From: an uncultured Candidatus Saccharibacteria bacterium
GTDB taxonomy: Bacteria > Patescibacteriota > Doudnabacteria > UBA920
Direction of reading: 5' to 3'
Length of the DNA: 64,000 bases
NCBI GenBank assembly: GCA_964490395.1
Contig: CAZBAS010000001.1
Location: forward strand, 275,815 to 339,814
The translations under genes and the position numbers were made by a program. This document shows, in pieces, positions 46,324 to 56,446 of the stretch. Within the stretch, counting starts at the first letter, position 1; every line of letters begins with the position of its first letter. The notes beneath the pieces are model-generated. The model was not told the origin of the DNA and did no database searches. It saw nothing but the letters and a program-made list of their open reading frames with translations.

Positions 46324-47415
46324 ATGAACAAAAGAATTATTGGTTGGGTAAGTACCGTTGCACTCTTTGCCAGTGTAATGTTGCCAAACGTAGCACGTGC
46401 TGCTACACCTGCGGAAGGCGCTAACACTCCTGCCCAGACAACGTTTGAGAAAAATAAACCAAAGCGCGAACAGCGCATTCAGGATCTGGAAAAATGTAAG
46501 GAGCTTGGGCAAGCAGCTCGGAGCACTTACAAAACAGACGTAAAGACCGCTACCGATGCGAACAAGACTGCGCTCAAGGCAGCACTGGACGCGCGCGAAG
46601 CAGCCATTAAAGCTGCCAGAGATGCCTATAAAACCGCTGTTGCTACTGCTACTGAAAAACAGAAAACAGACAAAGCAGCAGCAGGAACAGATACGGCTAA
46701 GCTCAAGGCCGCTCGCGAAGCGTTTGCCACAAGCTTAAAAACGGCCCGCACTACGCGAGATGCAGCCATAAAAGCTGCACGCGAGGCTTACACTAAGGCA
46801 GTTGCAAAGCTGAAAACCGACAAAGGAGCGGCGCTTACTGCAGCAGAAGTAAAACGTGACACAAGTCTTAAAATGGCCCATGAACCATGTGTTCTTGGCG
46901 CGTTCATAGACGTCAGCGGTAGCCCCCGTGTGCTCGGCGCCTATACTGTTGCGTTTGAAGGTAAGCCAAAGCCCCAGCTTTTGGCAGATGCAGTTGCAAG
47001 AAAAATTGAAGCAGGCGAGTCTCGAGAGCAAAAACTGCAAAAACAAGAATTGGCAAAAGAAGAGCACGCAGCAAAGAAGGAGAAAGCAGCCCAAGCAAAT
47101 CAGGCTCTGCGAGATTGTAAAAAAACTGCCGATGAAGCTGGGTTAGCTGCTCGCAGAACAGCGGATGAGGCATTTAAGACTGCTACAACTACAGCCAAAA
47201 CAACATACGAGGCTGCTTTGAAGTCTGCAACCGATGATGTTGCAAAAAAGGCTGCTCAGGACGCGTTTAAAGCAGCGCGCAAGACAGCAGAAGATGCTCG
47301 TAAGGCAGCGCTGAAGACTGCTCAAGATACCCGCGCAAAAGCATTGAAAGCATGCACCGATGCAAACAAACCTGCCACCCCTCCGGCAAATACTACCACC
47401 ACAACGACAAAATAA
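46324..47415 (+). CDS. Secreted Ala/Lys/Thr-rich repetitive coiled-coil protein
   Basis: Signal peptide; internal repeats (AAIKAAR[ED]AY[TK][KT]AVA); poly-Thr C-terminus. Confidence 0.5.
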   Translation: MNKRIIGWVSTVALFASVMLPNVARAATPAEGANTPAQTTFEKNKPKREQRIQDLEKCKELGQAARSTYKTDVKTATDANKTALKAALDAREAAIKAARDAYKTAVATATEKQKTDKAAAGTDTAKLKAAREAFATSLKTARTTRDAAIKAAREAYTKAVAKLKTDKGAALTAAEVKRDTSLKMAHEPCVLGAFIDVSGSPRVLGAYTVAFEGKPKPQLLADAVARKIEAGESREQKLQKQELAKEEHAAKKEKAAQANQALRDCKKTADEAGLAARRTADEAFKTATTTAKTTYEAALKSATDDVAKKAAQDAFKAARKTAEDARKAALKTAQDTRAKALKACTDANKPATPPANTTTTTTK

Positions 47416-47436
47416 GCATTTGCTGTAGGTATTACA

Positions 47437-47475
47437 AAAGAGTCATCTGCACTAGGCAGATGACTCTTTTTATTG
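47437..47475. terminator. Bidirectional terminator AAAAGAGTCATCTGCACTAGGCAGATGACTCTTTTT
   Basis: Perfect 11-bp stem flanked by A-run and T-run between convergent genes. Confidence 0.8.
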
Positions 47476-47507
47476 GGTGAGAACGTATTTGGAGCAGCGC
47501 GTAGTGC

Positions 47508-49340
47508 TTATCTGCTTGCGCGTTTTCTATCGCCTGCGTTCAGTATTCTTTTTCTAATTCTGATAGATTTTGGCGTTACTTCCACCAGCTCATCAGGGCC
47601 AATGTATTCCATGGCAAAGTCGAGTTCAACAGGACGAGGTGGTACCAAGATAATAGCATCGTCTGCACCACTGCTGCGCATGTTTGTAAGTTTCTTAGTC
47701 TTACAGACGTTTAGTTCAATGTCGTTGTCGAGTGCGTTTTGACCTACAACCATGCCTTCATAGACATCTACTGCAGGACCTATAAACATCACACCACGTT
47801 CTTGAGCGTTGTTAAGTCCATATGCGTTCGACACGCCAGGTTCAGACGCAATGAGCGAGCCGTGGTCGTTTGCGTGGCTGTCTATATCGTGCACTGGTTT
47901 GTAGCTATCAAAGAGGTTGTTGATGATGGCTGTACCGCGAGTACGAGTAAGAAGTAAGTTTTTAAGACCAATGAGTCCGCGGGTAGGCATGGTGTATTCA
48001 AGATGCACATCGCCATTTGGGGTGGTGTCCATGGAAATCATAGTTCCTGCGCGGCGACCAATTTCTTCTATGATGGTTCCTTGGTATTCGCTTGGTACGT
48101 CTATGGTGACCTGCTCGTACGGTTCCATTTTTTGTCCGTTTTCTTCGTGGAAAATAACCTGTGGCTGAGACACTTGCAGTTCAAATCCTTCACGGCGCAT
48201 GGTTTCTATGAGCACAGCAAGGTGAAGTTCGCCGCGACCAGAAACAAGGAATGTATCTCCCTGGTCTGTGTCTTCTACGTTGAGCGCCACGTTTGTTTCG
48301 AGTTCTTTGTAAAGGCGGTCACGAATGTTGCGAGAGGTAACAAGCTTACCTTCCTTACCTGCAAAAGGGGAGGAGTTTACACCAAATGTCATTTTTACGG
48401 TTGGTGGTTCTACGTGCACTGGAGGAATCTGCACTGGGTTCTGCGCATCTGCTAAGGTCTCACCAATTTGTATATCGTCAAAACCAGCAATGGCAACAAT
48501 GTCGCCAGCTTCTGCTTCACTTGCGTCTATTGGCTTCATGCCTTCGTACATCTGGAGCGCTGTAACTTTGCCTACAGTTTTGCTGCCGTCGTGCTTTATT
48601 TTTGCTAGCTGTTGGCCCTTAACTACTTTACCGGAAGTAATTTTACCTACACCGATTTTACCAATGTAGTTATCGTATGAAAGGGCTAGTACGAGCATGC
48701 CAAAAGGCTTCTCGCTTTCTACTTCTGGAGCGGGAATATATTTTATTACTGCATCAAAAAGATCGGTAATGTCTGGGGGGGTGGCAGGGTCTGCTATGAG
48801 GGCTTTAAGCTTTTCTGGGTCAGTGCTCGTAAGTCCGCGAATACCGCTAGCGTAGATAATAGGGAATTCAAGCTGTTCGTCATTGGCGCCAAGGTGCACA
48901 AACAAATCAAAAGTCTTGTTTATGGTGTGGTCTATCTGTGCGTCTGGCTTGTCTACTTTGTTTATAACTACAATTGCTTTGTGACCCAGTTCCAATGCTT
49001 TTTTAAGCACGAACTTGGTTTGTGGCATAGGGCCCTCTTTGGCATCTACCAAAAGCAAAACACCATCGGCCATGCGAAGGGTGCGCTCTACTTCACCACC
49101 GAAGTCTGCGTGACCAGGAGTATCTACAATGTTTATCTTTACATCGTTGTAGACCAAAGACGCATTTTTTGCCCGAATGGTTATACCGCGCTCGCGCTCT
49201 AGGTCCCCAGAGTCCATAATTAAACTCCCGCCATCGTCTTTAACGGTGTGGGTTTGCTTGAGCATGGCGTCTACCAGGGTAGTCTTGCCGTGGTCAACGT
49301 GAGCAATAATAGCAATGTTACGAATGTTATCTCTCTTCAT
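47508..49340 (-). CDS. typA: Translational GTPase TypA/BipA
   Basis: G1 [10 protein letters not shown] and EF-G-like domains. Confidence 0.9.
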   Translation of the reverse strand: MKRDNIRNIAIIAHVDHGKTTLVDAMLKQTHTVKDDGGSLIMDSGDLERERGITIRAKNASLVYNDVKINIVDTPGHADFGGEVERTLRMADGVLLLVDAKEGPMPQTKFVLKKALELGHKAIVVINKVDKPDAQIDHTINKTFDLFVHLGANDEQLEFPIIYASGIRGLTSTDPEKLKALIADPATPPDITDLFDAVIKYIPAPEVESEKPFGMLVLALSYDNYIGKIGVGKITSGKVVKGQQLAKIKHDGSKTVGKVTALQMYEGMKPIDASEAEAGDIVAIAGFDDIQIGETLADAQNPVQIPPVHVEPPTVKMTFGVNSSPFAGKEGKLVTSRNIRDRLYKELETNVALNVEDTDQGDTFLVSGRGELHLAVLIETMRREGFELQVSQPQVIFHEENGQKMEPYEQVTIDVPSEYQGTIIEEIGRRAGTMISMDTTPNGDVHLEYTMPTRGLIGLKNLLLTRTRGTAIINNLFDSYKPVHDIDSHANDHGSLIASEPGVSNAYGLNNAQERGVMFIGPAVDVYEGMVVGQNALDNDIELNVCKTKKLTNMRSSGADDAIILVPPRPVELDFAMEYIGPDELVEVTPKSIRIRKRILNAGDRKRASR

Positions 49341-50325
49341 AAAAGTCTCGATACCAATATACGAATGTACTAATTATACAAATACAGAGCGTCTTTAATT
49401 AGTATCATTAGCATGCATTCGTAGATTAGCATCGATACTAACGCCTTGCGTTATAAAAATAAGACCCAAGTGGGCCCTTCAAAAAACCTCAATAATTATA
49501 ACCTATTCCGCTTATTTTGGCAAATAAAAAAGGCGTAATTACCGATTTTTCGAAACATTTCGAAATATCGTTAATCCGCCCATGGCGCGAGAAGAAATCG
49601 TATGATTTCTTCAACCGTGACCATTAGCACCGCTATCCTTATGAGGCGGTACCCGATGCTCAGCTTCTCGGCCATTGTCCCCCCTGTTGAATTGACCTTC
49701 TCGCGCACCAGCGAGATTGGCCTGTTGTTATTGCCAGATTCTGATTTATCAGATGGTGCGTCTGGCCAGTTTTTAGGGGGACACTATGCATGCGAGCATA
49801 AGTCCTCCGAAGATGATTAGGAACACGAAGGCCAGCATTACTCCTAGTGCTAACCATTTCATATTTTTAAACTCGCGAGCGTCCATTCGCGAGCTCCGTT
49901 TTTGGCGATACTGCAGACGCGCCACTGGTTTTCAGCATCTGATGAGGAGTGCTGCGAAAATTGTGACTAGGCCCAAGCCTATAGTGTTGCGGGGAAAGTT
50001 TTCTATGTTAAAGAAACTCAATTCACTTACCTCATCCGTGTTCGCTCGAATGGTCTCCTTATTTCGTTTACCGGCTTTTCGCGAACAAGCCGTTTTTAGT
50101 GTATTACTGGTGGCCACTAAAAAGTGACCACAGATAAGCTAGGAGTTGGGCCAGTCTCCACAGTACTCCAATAATCGCAAGAACTGCAGCAAGACCCAAC
50201 ACATATGTTGTGAACCGCATTTTATACGACCCATCGACTAACGGTCAGTTTTAGGTTTACCCTCAAGACTGAGGGGACTTAGAGGTGCATATTGCCTGTG
50301 CCCCTCCAATAGTGCCTGTCTGCGC

Positions 50326-50688
50326 CTAGCGACGTTTAGTCTCAAGGCAGCTTCTCAGGTCATCCGTAGCTTCCATCTTTGTTATTTGTCCGTCTTGTAT
50401 TGTAATCGTTGGCACCCCCTTGGACTTATAGCTGATGGCAGTATTGGTTCTATCGAATCTTACGATTTTTCGATTGTTTGCCCTGTAGTAGATAGCCCAT
50501 ACACTGTTGCCGGACACTTTCACGTACCCATATGGTCCGCAAGCGCACTCACACTCGGGGCCTTCGCCGCTCAAAAAAGAGACCAAGTTGTGTGTGGTCG
50601 CATTTTCTTGGGCCGTACTTGCAATTGGCAACGATAGCGAAATTGTCACAAAAAGCATTGTTAGCAGAGTTGATCTTGACTGTTTCAT
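50326..50688 (-). CDS. Small secreted Cys-containing protein (signal peptide)
   Basis: Signal peptide MKQSRSTLLTMLFVTISLSLPIASTA; ORF only. Confidence 0.4.
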   Translation of the reverse strand: MKQSRSTLLTMLFVTISLSLPIASTAQENATTHNLVSFLSGEGPECECACGPYGYVKVSGNSVWAIYYRANNRKIVRFDRTNTAISYKSKGVPTITIQDGQITKMEATDDLRSCLETKRR

Positions 50689-50979
50689 TGGCGTCCTCCG
50701 AACTAAGGTGAAAAAAGTAGAATCTATGTGACCTTGTCACGGACTATTCTGTGCCAGGCTTTAGATTCGGCCGCGTTACTATACCGAAAAAAGGCATTAA
50801 TGTCAACATGTCCGAATTGAATCGTCTGTAGATCTGATGCCTGCGATTATTGTTTCTGAACAATGGGCGATATTCTGATATACTTAATGAAATAGTTAAT
50901 TTCTTCCAAGCTGTAGCCACTAAGTCATTGCCATGCATTAAAAATTGAAAATTAGAAATTAGACATTTCCTCTAAAATC

Positions 50980-52011
50980 ATGCCTACCCAAAAACGTCTG
51001 CAAATTGTGAGTTTCTTATTTATCCTGCTTGTCATGGCTGGTTTAGTGTTTGCTGTGGTAAGACCGTTCCTGAGTATATTGGTGGTGGGCTTTATTTTAT
51101 CCGTATTGTTTTATCCCATACATGCGTGGTTCGAAAAAAAGTTTGCATCCAAGAGCATGGCTGCGCTTGCGACCGTAGGGGTAATTTTGCTCATTATTAT
51201 TATTCCAGCTTTGTTCCTTGGTCAGGTGCTATTTACCGAAGCAGTAAACTTGTACAACAACTTTAAGCAAGGGCAATTAGTGATAGACAAAGCCCAGCTC
51301 GTTAGTGGTTTGCCCACGCAAGTGCAGAACTTCATACTCAGCGCCACGCAAGACTTAAACGCGCTCGCATCCAAGTTTACCGTAAATGCCTTTCAAACAT
51401 TTTCTAGTCTGGTTTCAAACTTAGCAGCATTTATTTTGTCTTTCTTTCTTACCCTGTTTACTACTTACTATTTTCTCAAAGACGGTTACCATTTTCAGCA
51501 GGTACTCATGGATATCTCACCTATAGACGATAATCAAGAAAAAATTCTTTTTACGAAGATTGCCAGAGCGGTTAATGGTGTGGTGAAGGGGCAGTTTTTA
51601 ACTGCACTCGTGCAAGGTGTGGTTGCGACTATTGGCTTCCTTATGTTTAGTGTCCCAAACCCGTTCATCTGGGGAATTTTTACCATGTTTGCAGCCTTAG
51701 TTCCTACTGTAGGGACTTCGCTTGCTATAATTCCAGCAGTACTGTATTTGCTTATAACCGGTCATGTGGGCCAGGCAATTGGTCTTGCTATATGGGGTGG
51801 TGTTGCTGTGGGGCTCATAGATAACGTTATTGGCCCGCGCGTGCTTGGCCATACTACCAAGGTCCACCCGCTCCTTATGCTTATAGCAGTCTTGGGCGGT
51901 GTTACTACATTTGGGTTCCTCGGTTTTTTGCTCGGCCCTATTCTTATGGCTATATTTATAGCTATGATAGATATGTATAGAAAAGATTTTCAAAATTATT
52001 TAGACGCGTAA
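50980..52011 (+). CDS. AI-2E family transporter (PerM/UPF0118 permease)
   Basis: 8 TM pattern and conserved VPNPFIWG...ALVPTVG region. Confidence 0.75.
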   Translation: MPTQKRLQIVSFLFILLVMAGLVFAVVRPFLSILVVGFILSVLFYPIHAWFEKKFASKSMAALATVGVILLIIIIPALFLGQVLFTEAVNLYNNFKQGQLVIDKAQLVSGLPTQVQNFILSATQDLNALASKFTVNAFQTFSSLVSNLAAFILSFFLTLFTTYYFLKDGYHFQQVLMDISPIDDNQEKILFTKIARAVNGVVKGQFLTALVQGVVATIGFLMFSVPNPFIWGIFTMFAALVPTVGTSLAIIPAVLYLLITGHVGQAIGLAIWGGVAVGLIDNVIGPRVLGHTTKVHPLLMLIAVLGGVTTFGFLGFLLGPILMAIFIAMIDMYRKDFQNYLDA

Positions 52012-52033
52012 TATTTTTGACATTAAAAGCGTA

Positions 52034-52597
52034 GTGTATATGAAAAATAAAGCTCTCGTCAGTATTTTAATAATCGTAGTCCTTGTTGCCGCAGCCCTTT
52101 TCTATAAGTGGCAGTTCGGCTCTTCCATAAAAGAGCAGAGCGCAGGTGCTGAAGGTAGAGGCATATATTCCTTTGAAGACTGTGCAGCGGCTGGCAAGCC
52201 CGTTACAGAAACATACCCTCGAACGTGTACAGTGGGGAAAATAACATTTGAAGAAACTCTCCAGGAAGAACAAACTGTGGAGCCAGTGGTGTTTCAGAAC
52301 TTACGAGCAAGCCAGCGTGTAGAAAGCCCGCTTGAAGTACGGGGTACTGCACTTGGCTCATGGTTTTTTGAAGCGAACATAGGCCTCCGTGTGCTCGATG
52401 CCAATGGCAAAGAAGTGGCCAAGGGTCACGCAGAGGCAACCAGTGATTGGATGTCTACTGGCCCAGTGCCATTTAAAGGTACTATAAGCTTTACTAAACC
52501 AACCACGGCAACCGGATTCATAGAAGTACAAAAAGATAATCCTTCGGGCAATCCGGACCTAGATGGGAGTGCTCGCTTACCGGTTCGATTCAAATAA
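52034..52597 (+). CDS. Gmad2 Ig-like domain protein with N-terminal TM
   Basis: SPLEVRGTALGSWFFEANIGLRVLDANGKEV matches Gmad2 domain pattern. Confidence 0.5.
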   Translation: MYMKNKALVSILIIVVLVAAALFYKWQFGSSIKEQSAGAEGRGIYSFEDCAAAGKPVTETYPRTCTVGKITFEETLQEEQTVEPVVFQNLRASQRVESPLEVRGTALGSWFFEANIGLRVLDANGKEVAKGHAEATSDWMSTGPVPFKGTISFTKPTTATGFIEVQKDNPSGNPDLDGSARLPVRFK

Positions 52598-52652
52598 CTG
52601 CAAAATTACTATGCGCTGAAACTACATATGTTTCAGCGCATATTTTTTTATA

Positions 52653-54173
52653 TTAGTTTTTAATTGCATCGGTAACAAGAAACCACTCGAGCGGGGCTTG
52701 GTCATCTGTAAGAGTTGCGAGGCTAGGGTCTACTGTCCTTCTGCGTAATGCAGTAGAGACAAAGCTCGCTGCTGATAAAAATTCTGCGGGAAGAATTGGT
52801 GTGGTAGAGATGCTTGAAAATGCTATTTCGTTCTGGCTCATGAGAACGAGATGGCTTGCATTTCTTCTGTTTTCTAGCGGCGCCTCGTACACATAGGCAA
52901 ATACTATACTTTGTGTGTTTGTAATGTTGGTTACAAGTGAACTTTTGGTGGCGCCCAGTGCTGCTATGTTCATGGCCGCAATGCCGCGGCTGGTGAGGTG
53001 CCCTTGCACAAGCTGCCAAAATTCTTTCGTGGTCATGGTCCAGGGGATTTGCAGCTCGTTTTGGTACGCATCTACATATATAAAATCGTATGCGTTCGTA
53101 GTTTTACTCAGAAAAAGGCGACCATCTGCTGTGTGTATGGTTAGGGGAATGTCGGTAAGGCCCATGTATTGTTTTGCAAGCTGTGTTGAAGTTTTGTCTA
53201 TCTCCACTGCCTCCATGAGGACGGCATTGCCAAACAGAGCGTGAAGCTGCCTTGGGATAGTTCCACCAGCAAGACCTATTATGAGCACTCGGGCAGGGTG
53301 CTCGGGTGTGGGATGGAGGAGTGCGGGTACTATACTGGCATAGTCGTAGTAAAGCCCGGTGGCTAGGGTATGTTTGTCATAGACTGACTGGACTCCAAAC
53401 CCGGCGTCGAATTGCATGTATCGGACGCCTGGTGTTTGTTCGCTTACCGATATGTATTGGTAAGGAGATTCTGCTTTGGCTAGAGGTTTCATAGCCTTGT
53501 TAGCCATAAGGACTGGGCTGAGAACTATACATAGCATGAGCGTGAGTAGGCTTAGTGTTTGTTTTGCGCTGAGGAGCCCAGGTAGTCCAGTGAGAACCAG
53601 CAGGCCCCCAAAAGCGAGTACGGTGTATTGGGTGCCCATGCCAGGAATAAGTACCAGAGTGGGTAGGAATGTGCCCAGGAGTGCCCCTAGGGTAGAAATG
53701 GCAAGGAGCTGACCAGAAGTGGAGCCTACATGCCCCAGCTTTTTTGTAAGAAGCGCTAGTAAGTACGGGCTTACACACCCGAGTAAAAATACGGGCAACC
53801 CAAACAAGAAGAGGCTTGCAAGGATTGAACCAACAATAAGAAAAAATCCAATGTGTCTCGTAGTGAGCTCTTGGGAAAGTATGTTCAAAAAACTAGGAGC
53901 AAAGAGTGGTATGCACAACGTAAGAATGCCGCTTGCGAGAATGATCCGCAGTAACAATACCTCTGAAAGGTTTCGTTCTGCGAGTTTGCCACCAATAAAA
54001 TAACCTGCGGAAAGTGCGAGGAGTACTACGCCAATAATGCTGCTCCAGACAATAGTAGAAGAACCAAAATGAGGGGCGAGCAGCCTTGAGGCAGAAATTT
54101 CTAATCCCAGTCCAGCTGCGCCAGTGGCAAACGAAACCCACAACCAAAACAATTTTTTCTCGAATAATTTCAT
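52653..54173 (-). CDS. Membrane-anchored spermidine synthase-like (aminopropyltransferase fold) protein
   Basis: N-terminal polytopic domain; C-terminal VLIIGLAGGTIPRQ...IYVDAY spermidine-synthase-like. Confidence 0.5.
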   Translation of the reverse strand: MKLFEKKLFWLWVSFATGAAGLGLEISASRLLAPHFGSSTIVWSSIIGVVLLALSAGYFIGGKLAERNLSEVLLLRIILASGILTLCIPLFAPSFLNILSQELTTRHIGFFLIVGSILASLFLFGLPVFLLGCVSPYLLALLTKKLGHVGSTSGQLLAISTLGALLGTFLPTLVLIPGMGTQYTVLAFGGLLVLTGLPGLLSAKQTLSLLTLMLCIVLSPVLMANKAMKPLAKAESPYQYISVSEQTPGVRYMQFDAGFGVQSVYDKHTLATGLYYDYASIVPALLHPTPEHPARVLIIGLAGGTIPRQLHALFGNAVLMEAVEIDKTSTQLAKQYMGLTDIPLTIHTADGRLFLSKTTNAYDFIYVDAYQNELQIPWTMTTKEFWQLVQGHLTSRGIAAMNIAALGATKSSLVTNITNTQSIVFAYVYEAPLENRRNASHLVLMSQNEIAFSSISTTPILPAEFLSAASFVSTALRRRTVDPSLATLTDDQAPLEWFLVTDAIKN

Positions 54174-54339
54174 AGGTGTATTTTACCACGATGTGTATAC
54201 AGCTTTGTCATTCTCGCGCATGCGGGAATCCAGCTCGCCATACAGCGAGCAATAAGATTATTGACCTCGGGATCGATGCAGGTTGCTAATTGGGTGGGGA
54301 CGATGCGAAGCTGGCAATGCAATATGGTATTATCTACAT

Positions 54340-54972
54340 ATGAGTGAACTGCCAAAAATAATGCAGCATGTGTACATACGACTGAATACACCTGATAAGA
54401 TTCAGACTTTTATAAATACACTTCCGGCGAATTTTGAACTAAAGGGTGAAACCTATATGTCGCCGCTTCGGACACTGAAGGAACAAAAAGCTCATTGTAT
54501 GGAGGGCGCGCTTTTAGCAGCGTCCATATTAAAATACCATGGACACAAGCCGCTCATTATGGACTTGCGAGCACAAAAGCCAGACCAGGACCATGTGGTA
54601 ACATTATTTAAAAATAATGGATACTGGGGTGCTATAAGTAAAACAAATCATGCAGTGCTTAGATATCGCGAGCCAATCTATAAAACATTGCGCGAGCTGG
54701 CACTGTCCTATTTCCACGAATACTTTGACAATGCTTCCGGTAGTAAAAATTTACGAGAGTATTCAGCTGCTTTTAATTTAGAAAAGTTTAACCGTATACA
54801 GTGGGAGACAGCAGACGTAGATTTGTGGGACATTGTTGATGCGCTCGATAATTCCAAGCATTATTTTCTTTTAAATAAAAAACAAGAAAAAATCTTACGC
54901 AAAGCCGAACCCATAGAAATAAAAGCCGGCGAGCTGACTGAGTGGTCCAAATCCGGAAAAAAGCTTTTCTAA
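54340..54972 (+). CDS. Hypothetical protein, possible transglutaminase-like Cys/His/Asp fold
   Basis: Spaced C...H...D residues (AHCMEGA...DHVV...); weak. Confidence 0.3.
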   Translation: MSELPKIMQHVYIRLNTPDKIQTFINTLPANFELKGETYMSPLRTLKEQKAHCMEGALLAASILKYHGHKPLIMDLRAQKPDQDHVVTLFKNNGYWGAISKTNHAVLRYREPIYKTLRELALSYFHEYFDNASGSKNLREYSAAFNLEKFNRIQWETADVDLWDIVDALDNSKHYFLLNKKQEKILRKAEPIEIKAGELTEWSKSGKKLF

Positions 54973-54978
54973 TTTCCA

Positions 54979-55081
54979 CTGTTCGCAATTTAAGCGGCCG
55001 CTTAAATTGCGAACAGGTGTCGTTTAAATATTTGAGTGCTACAAGGGCATCTTCTGCAGGAGCTGCAGAAGATGCCCTTGT
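54979..55081. terminator. Two consecutive perfect palindromic hairpins (38 bp with GCGGCCGC centre; 41 bp with CTGCAGGAGCTGCAG centre)
   Basis: Perfect inverted repeats read directly. Confidence 0.7.
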
Positions 55082-55097
55082 GTGATAGGCTATATAT

Positions 55098-56435
55098 ATG
55101 CAGTATCTACTCGTAATAACGTTATTGGTTGCCCCTACTTACGCCATTCGTTTTGAGTTGTTTGGTTTACCGACGAACGTCCTTATGGTGTGGGTGTTCG
55201 TTGCTTGGTTTGTATTTGCTCTATGGCTTTTCGCTCGTCATAAATTTGCTAATCTTTTTCACTGGCTTCGTTCTGAGCTTGTTACTTGGCATGGTATACT
55301 TGCCGCTGTATTTTTTCTTGTAGGGGTAATTTCTCTTTTTGTTGGTGGATTCTCAGAGGAAAAGCTCGGCCAATTTCTCGTCCTCTTCTTCCAGCCGGTC
55401 GGCACTTTTATACTATTGCGCTATTTGTCTTCTATTGAAAATTGGAAATCCGCCTCTTCGGCGGACCAGCCAAAGAGGCTGGTTGGAAATGTGCTGACAC
55501 ACACAGCGTTGCTATTTGTATCAGTTGCTGGTCTCTATGCCATAGTCCAATATTTTACCCTCATTGGTGTGCCTGTCGCGTGGTGGGGTAACAGCGAAGA
55601 GCCAAAACGAGCAGTGGCGTTTTTCATGCATCCAAATTTTTATGCGCTGTTCATCACGCCGCTTTTGGCGTTCTTGCTACCCATAGTTAGTGGCCAGTGG
55701 CTGAAACAGGCAAGACAGGTGCACTCCGGTCCCTCTCCTCGCGAGCAGAGGTTACGTGAGATCACAGAAAAGCATTGTGATGCACCAGGGGTTTCTAAGA
55801 CCTCCTCCAACTCCTCATCACGAGGAGGAGGACAGGGCCTACTCACTACTTCCGCCTTGCTTCTCGGTGCAGTTGGCCTTTTGCTGTCTTTGTCCCGTGG
55901 CGGCTGGCTGGGCCTTGCTGCTGCGATTGGCGCCTATATTCTCATTACTGGAAATCGCACACTATTAAAACGCGCGGCCGCGCTTTTTGCTATTTCACTC
56001 ATTGTGGTACTCGCGGTGCCGAACTTTCGTTATAGGATACTGCTGCCATTCCGCGGGGAAAAATCGACCGTCGCACGGTTCTCTCTGTGGAATACCGGAT
56101 GGAAAATGGTTACAGATAGTCCGGTATTGGGTAAGGGTCTCTTGGGGTTTAGTAATAACTGGTATGCGTACAATACCGATTCAGGCCTACAACATTACCC
56201 AGCGCCGCACAATATTGTTTTAAATTTTTGGATAGACACAGGACTCCTTGGTCTCATATCCTTTTTTTGCCTGCTCGTGCTCGCCGCAGTTCGGAGTCTT
56301 AAAGACCGTGATAACGTGTACAAGCTTGGCCTCCTGCTTGCCTGCATTGCGCTGGTAGTCCATGGTCTCGTTGACATTCCCTATTTCAAAAATGACCTAG
56401 CATTACTGTTTTGGATGTTGTATAGTTTTATTTAA
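55098..56435 (+). CDS. O-antigen ligase/polymerase family membrane protein carrying two in-frame GC-rich palindromic insertions
   Basis: Wzy_C-like LSLSRGGWLGLAAAIG region; polytopic. Confidence 0.65.
   Translation: MQYLLVITLLVAPTYAIRFELFGLPTNVLMVWVFVAWFVFALWLFARHKFANLFHWLRSELVTWHGILAAVFFLVGVISLFVGGFSEEKLGQFLVLFFQPVGTFILLRYLSSIENWKSASSADQPKRLVGNVLTHTALLFVSVAGLYAIVQYFTLIGVPVAWWGNSEEPKRAVAFFMHPNFYALFITPLLAFLLPIVSGQWLKQARQVHSGPSPREQRLREITEKHCDAPGVSKTSSNSSSRGGGQGLLTTSALLLGAVGLLLSLSRGGWLGLAAAIGAYILITGNRTLLKRAAALFAISLIVVLAVPNFRYRILLPFRGEKSTVARFSLWNTGWKMVTDSPVLGKGLLGFSNNWYAYNTDSGLQHYPAPHNIVLNFWIDTGLLGLISFFCLLVLAAVRSLKDRDNVYKLGLLLACIALVVHGLVDIPYFKNDLALLFWMLYSFI
55450..55482. repeat. 33-bp double-hairpin element inside the ligase CDS, identical 17-mer to intergenic 13090; flanked by direct repeat (A/G)TTGGAAAT
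   Basis: CCGCCTCTTCGGCGGAC + CCAGCCAAAGAGGCTGG; TTGGAAAT at 55442-55449 and 55483-55490; 33+9=42 bp keeps the frame. Confidence 0.85.
55790..55850. repeat. Second polypyrimidine/polypurine palindrome (CCTCCTCC...GGAGGAGG) inside the ligase CDS
   Basis: Inverted repeat; encodes low-complexity SSNSSSRGGGQG segment. Confidence 0.55.
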
Positions 56436-56446
56436 TTTTCAACCCA

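Noticed and set aside
49602-50127. Plus-strand ORFs 49602..49820 and 49786..50127 in the low-coding region
   Set aside because: No start context and odd composition. The minus-strand small peptides and the signal-peptide protein are more plausible. The region may be partly degenerate.
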